Shown: one piece after another, positions 61,891 to 64,000 of the stretch | Layout: each line of letters starts with the position of its first letter | Numbering within the stretch: position 1 is the first letter of the stretch | Source: Rhizodiscina lignyota | Taxonomy: Eukaryota | Reading direction: 5' to 3' | Length of the DNA stretch: 64,000 nucleotides | Assembly: GCA_010015805.1 (NCBI GenBank) | Contig: ML978122.1 | Coordinates: forward strand, 2,080,453 to 2,144,452 | Program-made: the position numbers and the translations under genes | Notes under the pieces: generated by a model | Told to the model about the DNA's origin: nothing | What the model saw: the letters and a program-made list of their open reading frames with translations, nothing else | Database searches by the model: none

Positions 61891-63750
61891 TCATAGACAA
61901 TATCTCGGCTGGTGGATGTCGTCCGCTGCTCTAACTAGCACTATCGCGTTCTCCACGAATTGGCCAACTACCTCTTCGTATAAGTTCGGTTGCTGCAACA
62001 CGCACTTCTGTCCTTCTGCAACGATCGTGTGGCCGTCCACCTCGACTTCGACCTCGTGCTGCACAGTCGGTGGTCCATCCACATCGGTGGTCGTAACCTT
62101 TGTGAGGTCGATCTGCGTTGCTTGATGGGTGTAGCTCAACCTGTCCTTCTCTCTGGCAGAGTTGTCCCTCTGCGAACGTGGGGACATGGTCAAGTTGATG
62201 TAGTCGTTAATCTCGCCTGGAAACTCAATTTCCAAGTTCACACTAATGCGGAGGTCGAGGTCGTTGTCCGGACGTAGAATGTCGATGTCGGCGACGCGAG
62301 CCTTGACGATTTTGGCGGTGATTTGGTTGGTCTTGGAATCCGTTGTGATCCGCATCTTCCGCTTATGGTTGGGATTGATGACTTGACGTGCCATTTGAGG
62401 AAGCTGGAGGTATCCAGTTTGGTTGAGCTCGTAGAACGCATCAGTCTCTCTGGGATGCTTGTACGTGATAGGTACACGACCTTTCCCCATCGATAGTCGT
62501 GTGGCCTCGTTCAGATACTGGTTCAGGCGCTGGTACTGTTGCGGAGTGACGCCTGACTCAAAGCGAACATCGTGAACGTTCGGTCTCAGGACGGCCTCGG
62601 TTTGAATACCAAGGTCAAGACGTTCGCCAGTCATCTTGTTGATGATTTTGCCCAGCTTTGCCTCGATTTCCCAATGTGCGATCGCAGGTGGTGGAGCCCC
62701 AGTTGGTGTTTGCGCGATGGATGGATCACCACCCGCGACTACATATTGCTGGAGGAAAGTCATGACAGCTCTCCTTGTTTCGTAGAATGCGGAGATGGCG
62801 GCTATGTTTGGCTCTGGCATGCCGTGTGCTTGCATGCCATGTGGCTGTTGGACATGCGGCTGCTGGACATGCGGCTGCTGGACATGCGGCTGTTGGACAT
62901 GCGGCTGCTGGACTTGGGACTGCGGGGGGTTTGGCTGTTCGCTGCGTTCCGGACCTCGAGCTGGCGTGGCCTCTCTGGACGATGGTCGCTGACTGTGTCC
63001 GTTCACTAGAGACTTGGAAGGGCCGTGAAATCGTCGCGAACCCACAGGTTGTCTTTGTGCCCATTTTGGAACCTCGAGATACTTTCTCTTCTTCCTAGCA
63101 GGCTGTTCTGTGACTGAAGGTGCACTTCCGGGTTCTCTTTTAATGGTAGGTGTGGGTGTTCCGTCAGGTGTTGCGGACATTTTTTCAACAGCGCCATGAT
63201 TCTGCATATCAGAACTAGCGTTGGTTGATACCGACGGTCTTTCAGGACGGATCTGTGTCTCGCCATCGAATGCAGCGTCAGCTTTACGCTTCTGACTTGT
63301 CCTGCTATCCGTGCTTTGTGCGTCGCGATCAGCAGGCGGTGCTGCCATGCTGGGGCGTGAATTAAATTCGGGTGCAGGAGGAGGGGCAGGTGTGCTGCTT
63401 TTGCGGATCGCTCGATCGCTAGGCGAGGAGAGACCCGCGGATGGCGGTGCTTGCGGATTCAAGATGTCGCGCTGGAAGTCGGGAGAAGAGTGCGCCGTAG
63501 TTGGTGTTTGACTTTGCATGATGTCTCGTTGGATTTCTGGTGATGTCCGGAGGAGAGGGGGTGGGTGGCTTTGGAGTATGCTTCGTTGCGATTCTGGAGA
63601 GAGGTCGCCAATGGAGGAGTATGCTCTTACAGGTTGCATGCGAGGAGGTGGATGAGCAAACTGGTCTGCGCTTATTGACATGCTGCGGCCTGTTGGTGCA
63701 GGCGCTTTGTTGGCGCTGCCATCGGTATTGAGTATATTCCGAAGGTCCAT
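61891..63750 (-). CDS. CET1: mRNA capping enzyme beta subunit (RNA 5'-triphosphatase, CYTH fold)
   Basis: MDLRNILN start, PKWAQ guanylyltransferase-binding motif, WEIEAKLG, RFESG, DLRISVNLE, REKDRLSYTH, IDLTKV, HEVEVE. Confidence 0.92.
   Translation of the reverse strand: MDLRNILNTDGSANKAPAPTGRSMSISADQFAHPPPRMQPVRAYSSIGDLSPESQRSILQSHPPPLLRTSPEIQRDIMQSQTPTTAHSSPDFQRDILNPQAPPSAGLSSPSDRAIRKSSTPAPPPAPEFNSRPSMAAPPADRDAQSTDSRTSQKRKADAAFDGETQIRPERPSVSTNASSDMQNHGAVEKMSATPDGTPTPTIKREPGSAPSVTEQPARKKRKYLEVPKWAQRQPVGSRRFHGPSKSLVNGHSQRPSSREATPARGPERSEQPNPPQSQVQQPHVQQPHVQQPHVQQPHVQQPHGMQAHGMPEPNIAAISAFYETRRAVMTFLQQYVVAGGDPSIAQTPTGAPPPAIAHWEIEAKLGKIINKMTGERLDLGIQTEAVLRPNVHDVRFESGVTPQQYQRLNQYLNEATRLSMGKGRVPITYKHPRETDAFYELNQTGYLQLPQMARQVINPNHKRKMRITTDSKTNQITAKIVKARVADIDILRPDNDLDLRISVNLEIEFPGEINDYINLTMSPRSQRDNSAREKDRLSYTHQATQIDLTKVTTTDVDGPPTVQHEVEVEVDGHTIVAEGQKCVLQQPNLYEEVVGQFVENAIVLVRAADDIHQPRYCL
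62839..62913. repeat. 15-bp coding tandem repeat (QQPHV) inside CET1
   Basis: gacatgcggctgYtg x4 plus a partial copy, encoding QQPHV x4 then QQPH. Confidence 0.9.
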
Positions 63751-64000
63751 TGTGCCGCCCAGCCACCTTTTTTTTCAACAATAGCTTATTGAGTATGCCG
63801 AAATTTCTCCAGAGACAATAGTAATAAAGCGCGCGTAGCGATTTATAGATGACATGCGGAGGCTGAGGTACTTGTGACAAGATGGAGGCTGGCGGATCGC
63901 AAGCGTTACTCGCAGCGCGTGGAAAGGATGATGCGGAACTGGGATCGCACTGTCGGACTATACAATTAAAGGGTGGTAGATATCGCCCCGATGGCTACGG

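Noticed and set aside
1..64000. tRNA, rRNA, CRISPR arrays, transposases and LTR/TIR elements
   Set aside because: None recognised by eye. Small or degenerate elements could be missed without tRNAscan, Rfam or RepeatMasker.

Overview
This is an intron-rich genomic window from a filamentous ascomycete (Pezizomycotina-type GT..CTRAY..YAG introns, Zn2Cys6 and HET genes), with about 28 gene loci. The left part (1-16 kb) is accessory: a SET-domain gene, an alpha/beta hydrolase, a double-ABM protein, three consecutive damaged genes (a Cys-rich membrane protein, a Zn2Cys6 factor and a HET gene) and an MFS sugar/polyol transporter. The rest is mostly conserved housekeeping genes: SNF2-PHD helicase, Clr2, TYW2, SSP120, gephyrin/cnxE, VMA16, TOA2, TMEM42-like, FBXO31-like, RPS11 and CET1. 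The main finding is a compact five-gene cluster at about 26.7-38.6 kb: aspartate kinase, homoserine O-acetyltransferase, a NIT4-like nitrilase, a Zn2Cys6 regulator and an O-acetylhomoserine sulfhydrylase paralog. All four of its promoter regions share a GCCGCA/TGCGGC motif and carry GATA sites. I infer a cyanide (or other nucleophile) capture pathway: O-acetylhomoserine + HCN -> 2-amino-4-cyanobutyrate -> glutamate + NH3, a one-carbon-longer counterpart of the plant beta-cyanoalanine route. Other oddities are a USP-family protein with Ser in place of the catalytic Cys, a head-to-head SNF2-PHD/Clr2 pair, and a 165-bp tandem duplication that evolved under coding constraint. Gene models were spliced by eye, and no database searches were run.
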